64,000 nt of DNA, from contig JBPQGU010000013.1 of NCBI GenBank assembly GCA_051362555.1, positions 496,001-560,000 on the forward strand. Direction: 5' to 3'. The DNA comes from Lingula anatina (Eukaryota; Animalia; Brachiopoda). Below the pieces are notes generated by a model that did not search any database, was not told the DNA's origin, and was given only the letters and a program-made list of their open reading frames with translations. This document shows positions 63,041-64,000 of the stretch, piece after piece. The position numbers and the translations under genes were made by a program. Every line of letters starts with the position of its first letter. Positions within the stretch are counted from its first letter, which is position 1.

Positions 63041-63562
63041 ATGGTTGATGAGTCCAGTGGAAGCGAACACTTTACCTTGGCTGATGTAATGAAAAAAATG
63101 GAAAGTAAAAAGAAAGAGACGAAAGACTATTTCGACCATAGACTGTCTACTTTTAATGCCGAAGCCGGTAAAACCTGAAAGTCGACAATATTTATCTTGG
63201 AAAATAGAAGGTAATCACCAGCAATTTGACTCAACAGTATTTGAAAATAAGATTATTGTGGTGAACAAACTGACAGTGCCTTACAGTCTTGGCAAGAGAA
63301 ACAAACTTATCAGAATTGCTGACACTTTCGACACTGTTAAGGAACATACTGTTAATCCTCTTGCTTGTGATTCTGAGAGCGAGAGAGCTACAAAGAAAAT
63401 AAAAGAAAACAAAAAGGGAGCCAAAAAAATAAGGTTATATCAGCAGACCGACCGATAGGTGTGGTGGGCGATACTTCTCAGCGGAGAAGTCTTTATCGCA
63501 GCAGCGGGTCGTGACTTTGCTTAGCTTGTTGAGGAAAGGGCCATTTCATGCTTGAGTGACCA
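63041..63562 (+). pseudogene. Disrupted gag-like ORF1 with degenerate zinc knuckle
   Basis: MVDESSGSEHFTLADVMKKMESKKKETKDYFDHRL.. starts at 63041 and frameshifts into ..WKIEGNHQQF..KRNKLIRIADTFDTVKEHTVNPLACDSESER.. (63156-63458). This resembles the GNxxQF..RxKLIxxAD..TVxEY..LAxDSEDE pattern I recall from marine-invertebrate DIRS-order ORF1s. Positions 63518-63562 read C-L-A-C-*-G-K-G-H-F-M-L-E-*-P, i.e. CX2CX4HX4C with two TGA stops. Confidence 0.7.
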
Positions 63563-63670
63563 ACTTACAGAGGGGAAAGTTATTCTACCAGAGTCCAACC
63601 CCAGAGATAAAGGAACATCTGGAATGGGATAGAAGGCGGAAGCATTGAAAAATAGATAAGTACCCGGTAC

Positions 63671-64000
63671 ATGTATGAGTGCGTTAGTTTCAATCAAGAG
63701 TTGCATAATTATGAACATGAGCAAAATCAGAAATTCATACCCGTGAAAAGTAGGTTAAGAACCAATTTAAGTTTTTGGGAAGAAGTAGGGTATTCATTTT
63801 TTATTCTAGACTTGATAAAAATGGTTATAAATTTCCGTTTATAGCAACACCCTGTGGGATGAGGAAAGATAACAGCTTTCACCATTGAAAAATAAGTTTT
63901 TTGTTAAAAAGCTATTCTTGAATTGAAAAAGATGCGTTTGATTAAAAGGTGTAGCAAACAACCAATTGTTGATAACCCTTAAACAGAAGCAGTGCATAGC
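63671..64000 (+). pseudogene. Disrupted N-terminus of the pol (reverse transcriptase) ORF, truncated by the window edge
   Basis: Across frameshifts it reads ..VKSRLRTNLSFWEEVGYSFFILDLIK / NGYKFPFIATP..KDN / SPLKNKFFVK / AILELKKMRLIKRCSKQPIVDNP*T. This resembles the GRL...FW...ILxxIxxGYxxPF...NN...FV..I.EL...VNPL leader that precedes the RT core in DIRS-order elements. The catalytic motifs would lie beyond 64000. Confidence 0.72.

Larger units (their letters stand above)
63041..64000 (+). mobile_element. Decayed DIRS-order (tyrosine-recombinase) retrotransposon, 5' part, continuing off the window
   Basis: A gag-like ORF1 remnant is followed by a degenerate CCHC knuckle and then a pol N-terminal remnant, in the expected order and on the same strand. 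The family call comes from recognising motifs, not from a database search. Confidence 0.75.

Overview
This window looks like eukaryotic DNA, probably from an invertebrate animal (inferred only from the repeat types). About 91% of it (1-~58036) is one head-to-tail satellite array of ~362-bp monomers, roughly 159 copies. The array runs off the left edge and decays at its right end. All of the repeated short ORFs are by-products of the satellite. The array is internally structured: SNP-defined layers surround a near-identical core, and there are 11-, 9-, 3- and 2-monomer block duplications, many CpG-type transitions and two templated-insertion scars. It is interrupted once, by a 490-bp TGT...ACA element with ~40-bp imperfect TIRs and a CCGG target-site duplication (42942-43431). 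That matches a non-autonomous Ginger1-type DNA transposon, inserted at the centre of the monomer's 16-bp palindrome. The last 6 kb is AT-rich. It holds a diverged, rearranged relic related to the satellite, several CAGGGGCGG-type MITEs with apparent 5-bp TSDs, and the decayed 5' part of a DIRS-order retrotransposon (gag-like ORF, dead CCHC knuckle, start of pol) that runs off the right edge. I found no intact protein-coding gene, RNA gene or CRISPR array, and no novel multi-gene system that I can support.
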